A stretch of 64,000 nucleotides of DNA from Ylistrum balloti. Taxonomy: Eukaryota. The notes under the pieces were generated by a model. It saw nothing but the letters and a program-made list of their open reading frames with translations. It did no database searches and was not told the DNA's origin. Where the stretch lies: assembly GCF_031769215.1 (NCBI RefSeq), contig NW_026782463.1, positions 930,001 through 994,000 on the forward strand, read 5' to 3'. Below, piece after piece: positions 39,601 through 52,319 of this stretch (the stretch's first letter is position 1; each line of letters begins with the position of its first letter). The position numbers were made by a program, and so were the translations under genes.

Positions 39601-42600
39601 ACCATAGTATACATTCAAGAGCACTTTGTTCCAGTAGCATAGGTGGACCAAAAGTGGCATGTTCTGAATAATTCAACCATGAAAACCTGTAACCAACCAT
39701 GACGATAAAAAAACTCTCTAAACAATTCTACCCACAAGACTCATAGCCATCACCATAATTAAAGCAAATTTTAGAGAACATAAAGTCATGCAATCAAATT
39801 ACATTTGTAATTTCAAACACATTTTACACAAAAGTCATGTCTTCATAGGGAAAAGGTGCATGCTTTATCTTAATGAAAACTGACACTAGTTCACAATTCC
39901 TACAACGTAATGTTACATTATGCATTTCATATGTTTTTTGAAATCATTCAAATATCTCAGATTTACAAAACTGATTTAGGTGAGTGTACCTTCCCTTCCC
40001 TATTAATGTTTGATCTTGATTTCGTCATTTCAACAAGTCCCTAAACTTGTGGATGAGTCATGTGCTAGAAACTGGAGGAAACAGCTGTTTTTGCAATCTG
40101 ACTCATTATCTGCTGTTATCTGTAGGTGATTTTCTGTCAATTGGATTCACTTGTGTACACTACATAAATATTATCCATACATTCACACTCTGTTATGTTG
40201 CTGAGGAGTTTGAATGATTTTGATTAATCAGAATTTGTTCAAATCTGATTTTGAAATCCAGGAAAATTAATATTTCTTAAGTGACTACAACTTGAAATAG
40301 ATAAAGTACTTTGATCTTAGTTTGAATCCTAAATCTACAGTATATCAAACAGGACCAAAAAACATTACAGATTCGCGTGACTAGATTTCACGTCTTCAAT
40401 CTTTGAAACAAAATTTTGTCATACTTTGTAACTTATAAACCATATCGTAAAACATGTTAGTTGCTACATGTACATAAATATATACGCGATAATACATGTA
40501 CCATCAATCACAAAGAGGTACCAGGCCGAATCAGAAATACTTAGCACTTCTCTAGGGTTGATCTCAACTTTAACAGACAAATGAATGGAGAAATTCATTC
40601 TGAATTATCGAATTAACCTTTCAGCAAATTGTAAAATAGGTCATCATTATATTTCAAAGTTACATATTTGAAATATTGCTAACAACCCTAGAAAAGTCCT
40701 TGCATAACCACTGGGAAGAAAGCCACCGCCAGGAAGAAAACAAGACATTAGTGAAATACACCTAGGTGTATACAAACTTGTTAGTTTGACGCAAGTTAAA
40801 GAAATGAGCTTGGATTAGCTCGAGGATCTTTCTGGTTACGAAATCGGATTGTAATCCAAACGCCAATTATCTGCAAACGTGAAAACCACACGACACATCA
40901 TGACAATATCTTATAAATTAATACACATAATGTATTTTTAATTCTGATCAACAGATGCTTATATATCTTATTCATGGATTGAAAGTCAAAAGATAAATGT
41001 AGCAGTCCTGAGTAGTTTACAGTCAATACTGGTTTATCATAGGGTAATTTCTAACTTACTACCAATGTCCAACAGTAATTTCAAAATTATCCGAAAACAT
41101 TTTCTTTACATTTTATATACATGTTTCAAAGGAAGTACAAGGATTGATCTGGTCTCGTTCAATGCTGATGTATCAAGTTTATCCTTGAGCTTTGACGAGA
41201 CAAATTTTGACATGAACCCCTTAAACACTTCCTCTTGATAATAACTTGGGTCACTTAACGCATCTTTGATTTCAACCATTAAGTACGATAAAACATACAA
41301 ACTAATAGGTTTAGTAGATTCTGCAACATTTCAAACATTATTTTCTTTCTAAACATTCATGCAAATTAAACGACAAAAACTAATTTGGGTTAAAAAATCT
41401 TCTTCCTCCAGTGAAATTCACATAAAAATGTACAACATCTAAACTTTAAAACAACACAATTACAAATTTATTTTATATAATGAATTAAACAGTTTCATAT
41501 CATTGCTTTACTCTAAGCATTTTGTTTCCCTCCACTAGTCTATCAGGTATCAGGAAAATTATGCAAAATATTTTTTAAAAATGAAGATAAGCAGATAATT
41601 TAAACGTGATTACAATGTTTAAAATGAAATCAGTGATAGAGTTTAGGACACGATAAAAAGGCATCAGACATACCTCTGTGAAGCTAAAGAAGAGGCCTAC
41701 ACCTCCAGTTATTTTAAATGCTGAGTGGATTTCATTTTGCAGTGCATTCAAACACGTCTGACAGGGACAGCTGGCTTGTAGATCAGCTGCAGTTATATTA
41801 AATGTTTTTGTACAGCAAGGTCCTGCATTACCTCCACTACAGCATTTAATCTGTAACAAAAAATCACACCGTTTGTATACATATCACATATACAGCATAC
41901 AACAAAGCACATAGTGTCTATATACTTGTGACACATAAATATAAGCCAACAGTTGTGAAGTACCTGATGTGGCTCAAATCCCCTGATAGACCTTGAGAAT
42001 CCTTGAAGTTGAAATATTTACTGTAACATAACCAGAATATCCTACCATAGTTTTATCTTTTTATTTGGTCTTTTAAAGTATTATATTTCTTCTTTCCCTT
42101 CTTCGCTTTTGCTCTTTATTATATGAAACTTGAAATAGTGATAATAATCTATAATTTTCACATCCATGGTTATCTACTGTCAGCTTCTTTGTTTTTCTGA
42201 TCAGTCCCAAAATCAAAAGGGCACAAAAAAGGAACCAAAGGGAACCCATCTATGAAATTTGTGAAAGATCCATACAGTACTTCCCCAGAAATAATGATAC
42301 CAAATTATGACTGTCCAAAACTTAGATGGCTGCCTATCAGCCATCTTGTCTTTCTGATAACTCTCGAAATGGACAATACACAACCTGGGACCAAGGTGAA
42401 TCAATATATTAAATTGAAGATTGATCCATCAAATACTTCTCCAGAAATAGCAGTAACAATCTTTTACTTTGTAAATTCAAGATGGCTGACTACTGACCAT
42501 ATCATTTTTCAGATCAGTCCCCATAAGAGACATTTCACCAGTAGGGACCATAGGGAAAATTGAAATGGAAAGTGATTCATCCAAATTTTCTAAAAAGTAA

Positions 42601-45600
42601 TGATAACAAGAGTTGTTTGACATAGGTGGATGTACAGACCCAGTATCACAAACAAAACATGATTTGAACACCAACACTATGGGCTACAAATACTGTAATA
42701 GTTTACTACATGTTATAACTGACATACTCAATGTCTTTCAATTCATATATCTTAATTAAAGTGAAAAGAGCAATGAAAACTTACCCCTCCACAGGGAGGG
42801 TGACCGCTTGGATCATCTCCAGGTTTGTTCCAATCCGCAAATCCACAGCAGTCAAATTTGAACTGGACTGAATCTTTGGTCTGGTTTGAAGCAAGTCTCC
42901 ATCCATTTTCTGCAAACTGTTCCTGCTGTTTCTCATTGATAGCGAGACATGCACAGGCCAAGGAGAATTGGAGCAGGAATAACAGGAACAGTATGATCAT
43001 GTACTGATACACATAAGGAATCTAATACCTCTAAAACTCACCTCCCTTAATGTTGTGTTGGTTAAATCATTATATGATATACATGTATGTATATGTGAAT
43101 GCAAATTGAAGCCTTATTTAACCAAATAAGAAATCTGAAAATAAAATCTACAGTTCTACTTTGCTTGATAAATATCTACAAAACAGGATATGAACTATTT
43201 GTAGTTGACGGAGATGTCTGTACATTTCACTATTTTCTCTGTGGCAGTGTACCAAGTGGTGACAGTATATTAATATTACCTATTTTTCAACTCTGCAAAC
43301 AATGAAAATAAGAACTTTGAATATTGCAATACAAAGTTCCCTGATTGCCATTATGTGTAAAATGTGCTGACTGAAATAATGAGAAATTTGGAAACTCCAT
43401 ATTTTTTATTAATACATAACACCAGTATAACATTGTCTTAGAAAGAATATAAAATTCATCAGTACAAGCTTAAATAAAGTCAGCTTGATAAAAAGGATAC
43501 AAAAAAGAGGAGCACCTGGTGATGCTTGATTGCACCAATGAGACCAATGAGGGAAATAATGAACAGGAAAACTCCACAGGCAATGATCCCTCCAACCAAG
43601 GTCAAATTGGTCACTATGGCGACAACTCTACCATATGCTGCCACGCCAATCAGAATAAATGACACAAACTGAAAGTAAATATGAAATGTAAATTTTATTC
43701 TCAATAAATGTAAACATCTACTTCTTAAAAGTTTACAAGGCAAAAGGGACATAACATACAATGTTATGTTACTGACAACAATCCAGTTACACATATGCAC
43801 CTTAAGTTGGCCAACAGTGAACACAATACCATGAATTCTGCCAATATGATTGATTTGTCTAAAACTCAGTGCTTAGATCTTACGAAAAAAAAAAAATATT
43901 CAAAGATACTACAATGACTTGAGCATAAGATCCATTTCACTTTTTTAATCTATTCTTCACTTTATTGAATATTAAACATAAGTTAAAGCAAATGCATGGA
44001 TTGACATTGTATACTGTGCATTTAATATCTCAATGTTGTCGAGGTCAACACACCAGGATCAGTGCATTGACCTAAGATTCAGTCACATTGTTATAATTGA
44101 AAGAAATAAACAATCCAACCCTAGATAAATGGTACAAAGTCAAATATGTTTATCTGCCTATCTAGATAGATATGTGCAATAGTACAAACTGGTGAATTTA
44201 CAAATATCCTAGATTTTTAGAATTTTCATAATAAAGGTAATGAGAATCATGTTATTCTGTGAAGAAAGTGACAGTACTCCAGGGAATAAAACAATATCCA
44301 TGGATCTCACATTTTGCCTGCAGTAATAATGTTGTCTGAAGTATGGAAGCACAATGGTTACTTACCTTTAAGTGTACAATCAAATTGACAGATGTTACAG
44401 TTCCAAACTTTTAGAGTAATGATAACTCATTAGTATTATGCCTTCTACACATTGTAACTGGGAGGAGGAATCTTATAAGACTAGAACTATTTTTCCCATA
44501 GATAACTTATTCTTCCCCTCCCCCAAAGGCCAGTTGAAATTCAGTCGAAACTTGTTATGTTGAAATTCAAGGGACCATGGAAAATATTTCAATTTTTCCG
44601 AATTTCCACTCAAACTGAGTGTCCAAATAAGGTTAACGATATCAGTTTCCCGACTTTGATTAAGGCTATGATAGTATGCAAACAGCGTATTTTAATCCGT
44701 TATTTGAAATGGCAGTAAAGAAACAAATAAATTTCTACTTTCTACTTTTATTGTTTAATTCATCCTAACAACAAATTACCTTCATTTATATACATTTGTA
44801 CTCACATCGTTCTGTCCCCCACAAGTGTACACTAACCTTACTAACCAAGCACATATACATCATATATCTTTATGGAATGACAATAAAAATGAAAGTTAAA
44901 TTACGCTACAAGAAACAATGTATTAAGCTACAGATCAAACTTACATGACTTTAATATGGACAAGGGCAGTCAGAGACAGATAATGCCCTCCAATCGGGAC
45001 AAAATTTAAGTATAAAAAATAACAATGGGCAATAGGAGAATTATGATTCTTGTACACTGCCCTCATACTCCATGACCTAGATAGGTCGAGATATCCTCAA
45101 CAGAGATAACCAAGAGAGAAATATCATTCCAATATCTGAACCTTGTGTGTCGCGACATTTATCACAAAGGAAAAATTGATGAATGGATATTTAATGAATA
45201 CATCTAGATAACTTAAAATTGATAAAGTGCATGATTTACTTTACTTTAACTATTAGGAAAAAAAAAAATTGAAGACAGATGCAAATCCCGAGATTTTGTT
45301 TGGATCCATTCCTATTTTGCATTAGTGTAGCTACTTTTTTTTTGCCATTTTTGAGAGAACCAAACATGCTTGAAAGGAGTATGTATGATTTGGGTCAAAT
45401 TTGGCCCCCTCTTCAAATTTGATGAAATACCTATACTGAGTAAGGATAGTAACGTAATTAATGAATTGGGGGATTTTAGCATGTTTTCTTTCTCGGCGCA
45501 TGCGTAGCGGCACTTCAAATATAGGTGTCACACCAGTATTTTTTAAGAGAAAAATGACACAAAGCATTACAAAAAGATTCTGTAACTTTTAATTATCATA

Positions 45601-48600
45601 CAAATATGCTGCTTAATATTGATGTAATTAAATCACTTATGGAAGTTATCAACTAATGGCTTTTGCTAGCAAAGGCTTAAATTAAACTTTTAATATATTT
45701 ACATTTGGTACCTTAGCAACGAATTATATCACATAGCAACGGCATGGCTATAAGATTTATTACTGGTAACAACATTTTCTATCGTCCGAACTTGTGTAAT
45801 GGAAACAAATCATAGCATATGTGACATAATTATATGGACTAACTTTTTTTACAAAGGTATTATAATGCAAACATTTGGGAAGTGACAATAATTTCCCTAG
45901 CAACAGAATGTGTCGCATAGCAACAACAATACCTTATATTGATAACAACATTTTCTTTCCAGTTTCAAGATTTTTCTTCTGCTGTACTTAATGAAAACAA
46001 AATATTTCTCATGTTTTCAGTAGCTAAACTTTCTAATAAAGGTATCACAATATAGATATTAGAGTATTGATCAAAGTTGGTGCCCTAGCAAAGTATTCTT
46101 ACACATGGCAAGAATATGACCTAAACTGTTATTTTTTTTTATACTGTTTCAATGTTTTTTATTGTACGTTATTTAATGAAAACAGATCATTATCACTTTA
46201 CATGGACTAACCTTTTCTTACGAAATATGTATAATATAAACATTTTGATACAGATCAAAGTTAGTACCCTAGCAACAGAGTCTATCACATAGCATACCTG
46301 TAATTGTTAACATATTCTTTTCTGTTACAATATTTTTCCACTTGTTACTTGTTGAAAGCGAAACACTTATCACATAATTTCATTGGTAAAACATTTTTGT
46401 TATAAAGGTATACTAGTGTACACAATATAAAAAATTGATTATTAATCAAAGTGTACAACAAAGTCTATCACATAGCAAGAACATCACCTGAAGCTGTTAT
46501 CGGTTTCTATTTTGCTTCATACTTCTGCACTGGTGCTTTTGAAAGCAAAGCATATTCGAAGCATATAATCAATGTATAACCTTTGGTTTTGTTCACAGAA
46601 TTTAACAAACATGAAAATGAACAAGTGATAAGCGACTTCAAATTATATCTACTTTAAATACATATAGTGTTACAGTTTATTCCTCTGGATACTCCTCATC
46701 CGTGTCGGAATCTGTTGTTGGAATGTCAGCTGCATCAGCCAAAGACTTTGTCGAAATAGTCACTGCCCCAGATGATTTGCCTTGGAAGCGTTCATATCCT
46801 AGAAACCACAATGCACTTGCAATGTGGGCACAGCAACCGACCACTCTTGAGCCTACTTTACAAGTGCAGTACCAACCTTTGATGGGATCATCAGAGAGTG
46901 AGTCATACTCAATCCACAAAGAATGTGCTCTGCTGTTACAGTGTCGAGACTGTATTTTTAACTTGATCAGATTAGGGTTTTCTGAGAAGACCAGCAACTC
47001 ATACAGTCCATCTTCAACACAGTGCTCCTTTGTATAACTTGGAGCCTGTTTAAGTTGATAAACTCCCATGGTGATGTTTCGTAAGTCATCCATGGAAAGT
47101 TTAGGGAAGTCCATCAAGTCTTCTGCTTCCAGCTTTTGATAAACAGTTCTCTTATTTAGTAAGTTGTTGCTTTCCAAAAATGCTTTCACTGTATTTGGTT
47201 CCTTGGACTTTGCAAGCATTGCCCTGCAATGTGCTTCTGATGTTGCGTCAGTTTTCACAAGTGGTTCTTTAAACCTGTTGATAAGAGCACAGATGATTCT
47301 CACAAAGTCACCAATAGAAGGGATCAGGGTATTTGGAACAACTTTGTCAAACAGTTTCCATTGTTTTATCCTGCCATTCACGCTTTCTACCACCCATCTG
47401 ACTTTTGTGACTAAACGTGAAAGGTTCGCCTCTTCGGTGCTGTGCTGCTTGCAGCCTTTCTGAAGATAGAAGGGCATTTTCACATCGAAACCTCGGTCTT
47501 CTAAAAACCTCACAGCGTCCCTAAACCCCCTGTCTACAATGAATATGTCGCCGGGTTTGAACCACTTGCTAGCTTCCTCATTTGCCTTAAGCATGTGTTT
47601 TGTAATGGAGGCATCGTTGTTTGAGCCATCAGCCAGGTAAGGTCCGAGCACATCCAGAATGTAGCCATCTGTTCCTACAAGCATCATTGGTTTAACGAGT
47701 GGTCTGTTCTTGTGCATAGAATAGGACCTCCTTTGGAATTTGTAGTCTGCACTCTTCTGGATGTAAACATAGGTGCCATCAGCAACAACAATAGCCTCGT
47801 TTTCGCCTGGTTGGAACAATGATTTTGCTATATTTGTAGTGTGGTTTTGAACAAAGTCTCCATGAGATATGTGTTGAAATCCAAGGTTATCTGGTACAAA
47901 ATCTTCCACTAAGGCATTCCTTGTGCTGTCACTATACGCTGGATTTGTGAATATGTTAAATGAAATAACACACCAATTAACTTGTTGGACAATCCACTAC
48001 GTAATTTGAAGAGAAACACAGCTAGACATGTCCGGATTGACCTAACTGCTGAATTATTAAGTGATGTCAAATGAGTGACAATTTCGTCAAACTGCTGTTT
48101 GGTAAATCCTGTCAATGTTACATAATCTTCATTGGTTAAAAATGATGGCACATCGAAATTCAAATGTCCAGAATGTGTAGACAGCATCCTTCGAACTCCG
48201 GAGAGAAGACCTGTAATATCACTTCTTGAAAACCAGTCATTTGATTTCTTGGTTCCAAGTAATGCCAACGCATTTTCATTCAGATAATTGTTCTCAATAT
48301 GGCTCTCACAACATCTACTATGGGGGTGTATGAATATACCACATACTATGAAGGCCTGAGTAGATCCTTGTTGTGGGATGTTGGTTAAATGGTTTCTTTG
48401 GTTTGCATCTTTATGACATACAATACATGATTTATGAGATTTTGATGTTGCGGGAAGGTTCAAATTAATAGTTTTAGGACTCGACAGTGTCTTTTTCTTT
48501 GGCGGCTGAGAAATGTACTCGTCATCATTAGTATTTACAGGTGTCTGGTGAAATATTGGAAGACTCCTATACACTCGTGCCGTACATGTCCCGCATATCA

Positions 48601-51600
48601 TGTCATTGCTACTCACGTCCCTGCCAACACATCGCTCCACATATCTTTTAAAGGCCACGCCAGGTGGGATATGCCTTCTGGAATTTGGTTTACACCTTTT
48701 GAAGCACAAGCAACATGGGATGTCTTTTGGCATCTGGAAAGAAATATTTGATAAGTATATTAATACTTTATACCAACCATATGAATCACGGTAACGTAGA
48801 AAAGTATAAAAAGAATATATAAACATAAAAGTGACAACTTTTTATGTGGAACTCAAAAGAATGTGTGTTCTATACATTGTATAAGAAATTAAAAGTTGTA
48901 AACATAGATATTATATTCATATTTAAATTACATAACATATTTTTGTCATAATTGATCAATAATTACACATTATTTAGTGAATATGTTGTTAAGTTTTTTA
49001 CAATGAAATTAAGAAAAAATAATAAAAAGGAACAGGCACCAGCACAACTGTAACTCACACAAATGTCGATAAATGTTTGTGAAATATGGATTGTCAACAA
49101 GATTTGAACTCACAGTTTAATTAATATTACAAATGTTATTTTCTTAATGTGAAAAAAATAAAATGTTGCTAAGCACTTTCAAGAACAGACTACATGGTTG
49201 CATTTTAAATTAAATTAAGAATAGGTATTTTTTTATTTGAAATCAAAATAAATAAATAAGAGTTGTCAACAGGATCTGAAGTCAGAGCTTAATTAATTAC
49301 ACAAATAGTTTTAATTAATGTTAAAAATAATAATGTGTTGCAAAGTTCTCGCTAGAAAATATGTATTATAGTTTTGTATCTTAAATTGAATATAAAAAAA
49401 AAATAAAAAATAAAAAAAAAAAAATCAATGGTCATCAGGATTGGATCCCATAATTGCGGTGCTTATGCTCCTGAGCCAACCCTCACACCACTACACCACG
49501 GAACAGCATATGCAACTGGAAGTTATTTTGAAAGTATATATACACCGACTATGTTGGCTTTCTCTCTGGCTGTTTCCAAGACAATGAGTATAAATAGATG
49601 CGCTCTTTCATTTCTATTTTTCCTTAGTTAATAAAACGAATATTTTTCAGACAGAAAGAAGACATTTTCAGTGGACTTCAACAAGACACACAGTCTCTGT
49701 TGAAGTTTATAATGAATTACTCTTGAATTTATTGTGAGCTCGCCTTCAGTCCAGACGACACTTCACCGTTTGTTCGGCGATCAACATCGACAACATTCAA
49801 GCTGGGCTTGGCAGCACAGAATAATACTGTTTCAGAACTTTAAAAAGTATTGAGATACCTTTAAATAGATTTTATTGTTAATAAATGACATTTGAATAAA
49901 TTTTTTAACAAACATCACACAAAGTTAGTGGATTTTTTGCCGTCTACCTGTATTGGGGCATCTGTCAACCAGACGTAAAACTGATGATGCAATCAAGTGT
50001 TGCAGACGTCCGATGAATAAAAAAAACTATTCATTTTTTATATCACATCAGTTAAAAATTTTTGCTAACAAGAACAAATCTTACCTTTCTTGGTTGTGAA
50101 AAATTAAGGAATTGTTGGTTTTAACTCCATCATTTGAGTGTTTCTGCTGCAGTAAACAAAAATATCGATAGCGGCGACGTCCGTTTTCCGTGTTCCGGAC
50201 CATATATTACACGCGATCTTGCATCAAAATGCCGAAAAATAATTTTAAAAATTAATTTTTTAATATGAGCGCAGTCTTGAACAAGTTTTTCCTTTTAACA
50301 CAATGACTTTATTAAAATTTTTATTTTGTAGCATCAATATGAAACTTGTTCAAGCCTGCGCTCATGGTAAACTTCAGTAAAATGTACCCACGAAATCGGG
50401 GAAATCACCGATTTTCGTGTTTTTTGTCAATTTTCAAACAGCTATATTAAAAAATTGGTGATATTTTTTAAATCTTGAAAACAATTCTAGAATCATGGAC
50501 ACTTCCATTATTAAATGTCTTCACTCTTTTGATTTTCTGAGACAGTTTTTCTCAGTAAAATGTTGGGGGTACATAGGTACCCAAACCATACATACTCCTT
50601 TTAGTCAACTTTTTAGTGAGTGAAATATTTTTTGATCCGATATTTTACTCAGGATGCCAGCTAAGTAGTTCTTTTAGGGACTGACATGGTTAGATTATAG
50701 GTATTGATTGAGGAACGCTTCCACATTGTTACATCATAAAAATTGTTTTTTCAAACCATTTTCTTGTTGAATTTGTTATTTGACTAAATGGGTAGTATAA
50801 ACATGGTAATAACTACTTAATTATCTGTATAATGACCTCATCTAAACCAACCATTTGCCTAAGCCGGATCCCGAGTCCTGACCAATAGTATACCATTAAT
50901 TACCTAGGTAAGGAACAATCGGCCATGTACAAGTGTGCTCCCAAGCATAGCGGTCAGTGAGGATTACCTTGAATTGGCTATCACTAGTATGATAACTGGG
51001 CTGTGTACTCACATAGCTAGGCCTTGATTATGTGGCCAGGTGGTCAGCATTTCCAATCTGACAAATATAGCAATGTTACTTATAACCTACCTAGTGGGAT
51101 CTCTGAAATAGGGAGATTTTCCCAATTTTGATCCATACGATCGGGAGACGGGGATGGGGAGAGAAAATCAGGAAACTCCTGACTGAATTGGAAAAGTTGG
51201 CAGGTATGCTTAAAGTAGCTTAACTTCATGCAGAGTCAAGGAATGAAGACCTTTCCATGTCAGTGACCCTGTGAAGGTACCTAGAAGCCACAAGCATTGC
51301 TGTTATTAAATTCTAAAAGGGGAGTTTTTTTCACTGATGAGTCTCTAACCCTGGTTTAACATTTGCCAACATTCTTACCTTCTTGTCCAGCCTAATAAAG
51401 ATAAACCTATAATACACCTAAAACTGCTTCTTATTTCCTTTAAAAACCAATTTTACAGCGACAACTAATATTTACATCTGCATGTTTCTCTCTGTCATTA
51501 TCATAATGTTGGAAAAAGCTAAGGAAAACTAACCAAGTTCAGTTTAGTTTAAGTTTGATGCCTAATCATTACAATCAAAATTCTAAAAAAAAAAAAAAGG

Positions 51601-52319
51601 AGAAAAACAAACTTTCTGCAACTTTTACGAAGTAAATTCGTACATTTCGATTAAATTATTAACATAATATGCAATTCAATTATTATCTAACAAGTTAACA
51701 CATCCATTACTCATGGTTAATCACTCAATACCACTGATGAAGTGGCATTGCATCAACATTTAATTATTTTATTCTTTGATATTCATAGGCACAGAATCTT
51801 TCTAGAATCTATACGATAGGTCCCACATATCATGTTTTTAGTGTCAGTATCATATTTTCCCTATGGGTCTTTGTCTAATATTATACGTGTGCACAGCTGT
51901 GGTGTTTGCCAATCACGAGCAGCTCTCGTGGAAAATGTATCTAAGCCTGGACATTATTGACGAATAGTCAGCATCTATCGTTAAATATCGTATCGATCGT
52001 TTGACAATAAAAACTGTTGGACATACAAATGAACTTGGCCGAATTTCACAGCCATTTATGTAAAAGTCCATTCTGAATAACAACTGACACATGGCTATTT
52101 ACACGTAGACCGGTGTTATGTCCCGAGGCCTGATAACATTCAAGAACACAATAGAATATTCAATACATGTCTATGCAGACTTTTTCAATTAACTAAAATT
52201 ACAGTAGCGAGTCTATGTTTTTGAATATTTCAACTCTCTAAAATGAATGAACTTACTATATATAACACATTCAAGGCTGCCAATGCATTCTTCGAACATT
52301 GAAATCCTCCGCACACCAT
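36698..52319 (-). CDS. TSPAN13: Tetraspanin-13/31 orthologue, 233 aa; exons 52319-52257, 43668-43501, 43003-42785, 41850-41674, 36772-36698
   Basis: N-terminus [30 protein letters not shown]|[21 protein letters not shown], the CCG motif (FDCCGF) and C-terminus [22 protein letters not shown] are diagnostic of TSPAN13/31. All introns are phase 0 and the frame is continuous. TSPAN13 and TSPAN31 cannot be distinguished in an invertebrate. Confidence 0.93.
37845..38170. repeat. ~104-bp tandem repeat, 3 copies plus a partial (tetraspanin intron 4)
   Basis: ctacaggtgaaaaagctgattaaattttctcaatgttactg...tttttgttaa recurs at ~37845, 37949, 38053 and 38156. Confidence 0.9.
42185..42560 (-). mobile_element. 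Fragment of the same HINE-like family as 22603-23150, opposite orientation
   Basis: Shares reverse-complement motifs (tttttctgatcagtccc, aagatggctg...cagccatctt, tacttctccagaaatagc). Confidence 0.5.
45377..50598 (-). mobile_element. 5.2-kb TIR DNA transposon of the PHIS group (PIF/Harbinger-ISL2EU-Spy), inserted between AAA and TTT without TSD, in tetraspanin intron 1
   Basis: Left end ggagtatgtatgatttgggt (45377-45396); right end acccaaaccatacatactcc (50579-50598); 20-bp TIR with 1 mismatch. Flanks are ttgAAA | TTTtag. The element encloses a DDE transposase gene. Confidence 0.82.
46677..48733 (-). pseudogene. DDE_Tnp_4-type (PIF/Harbinger/ISL2EU-like) transposase: N-terminal Cys clusters, HTH, DDE, C-terminal SWIM finger; ~685 aa if one frameshift near 47930 is repaired
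   Basis: ORF1 ([10 protein letters not shown]...ICGTC; CIVC...RCCESH; LTGFTKQQF...[29 protein letters not shown]) joins ORF2 across a 1-nt shift (…[15 protein letters not shown]). Catalytic motifs are VVADGTY, FIVDRGF and [12 protein letters not shown]; the SWIM motif is [16 protein letters not shown]. No other stop codons. The frameshift could be a real lesion or an assembly indel. Confidence 0.88.

Noticed and set aside
44540-45130. Possible Tigger/pogo-like MITE (cagtcgaaacttgttat...)
   Set aside because: Only one end is recognisable and the partner TIR is too decayed to define.
46702-47463. Plus-strand ORFs of 99-111 aa inside the transposon as a second element gene
   Set aside because: They are antisense to the transposase and show no Myb/SANT or YqaJ motifs.
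51080-51210. Possible small hAT-like MITE ending gttggcaggtatg
   Set aside because: The left TIR is not convincingly present.
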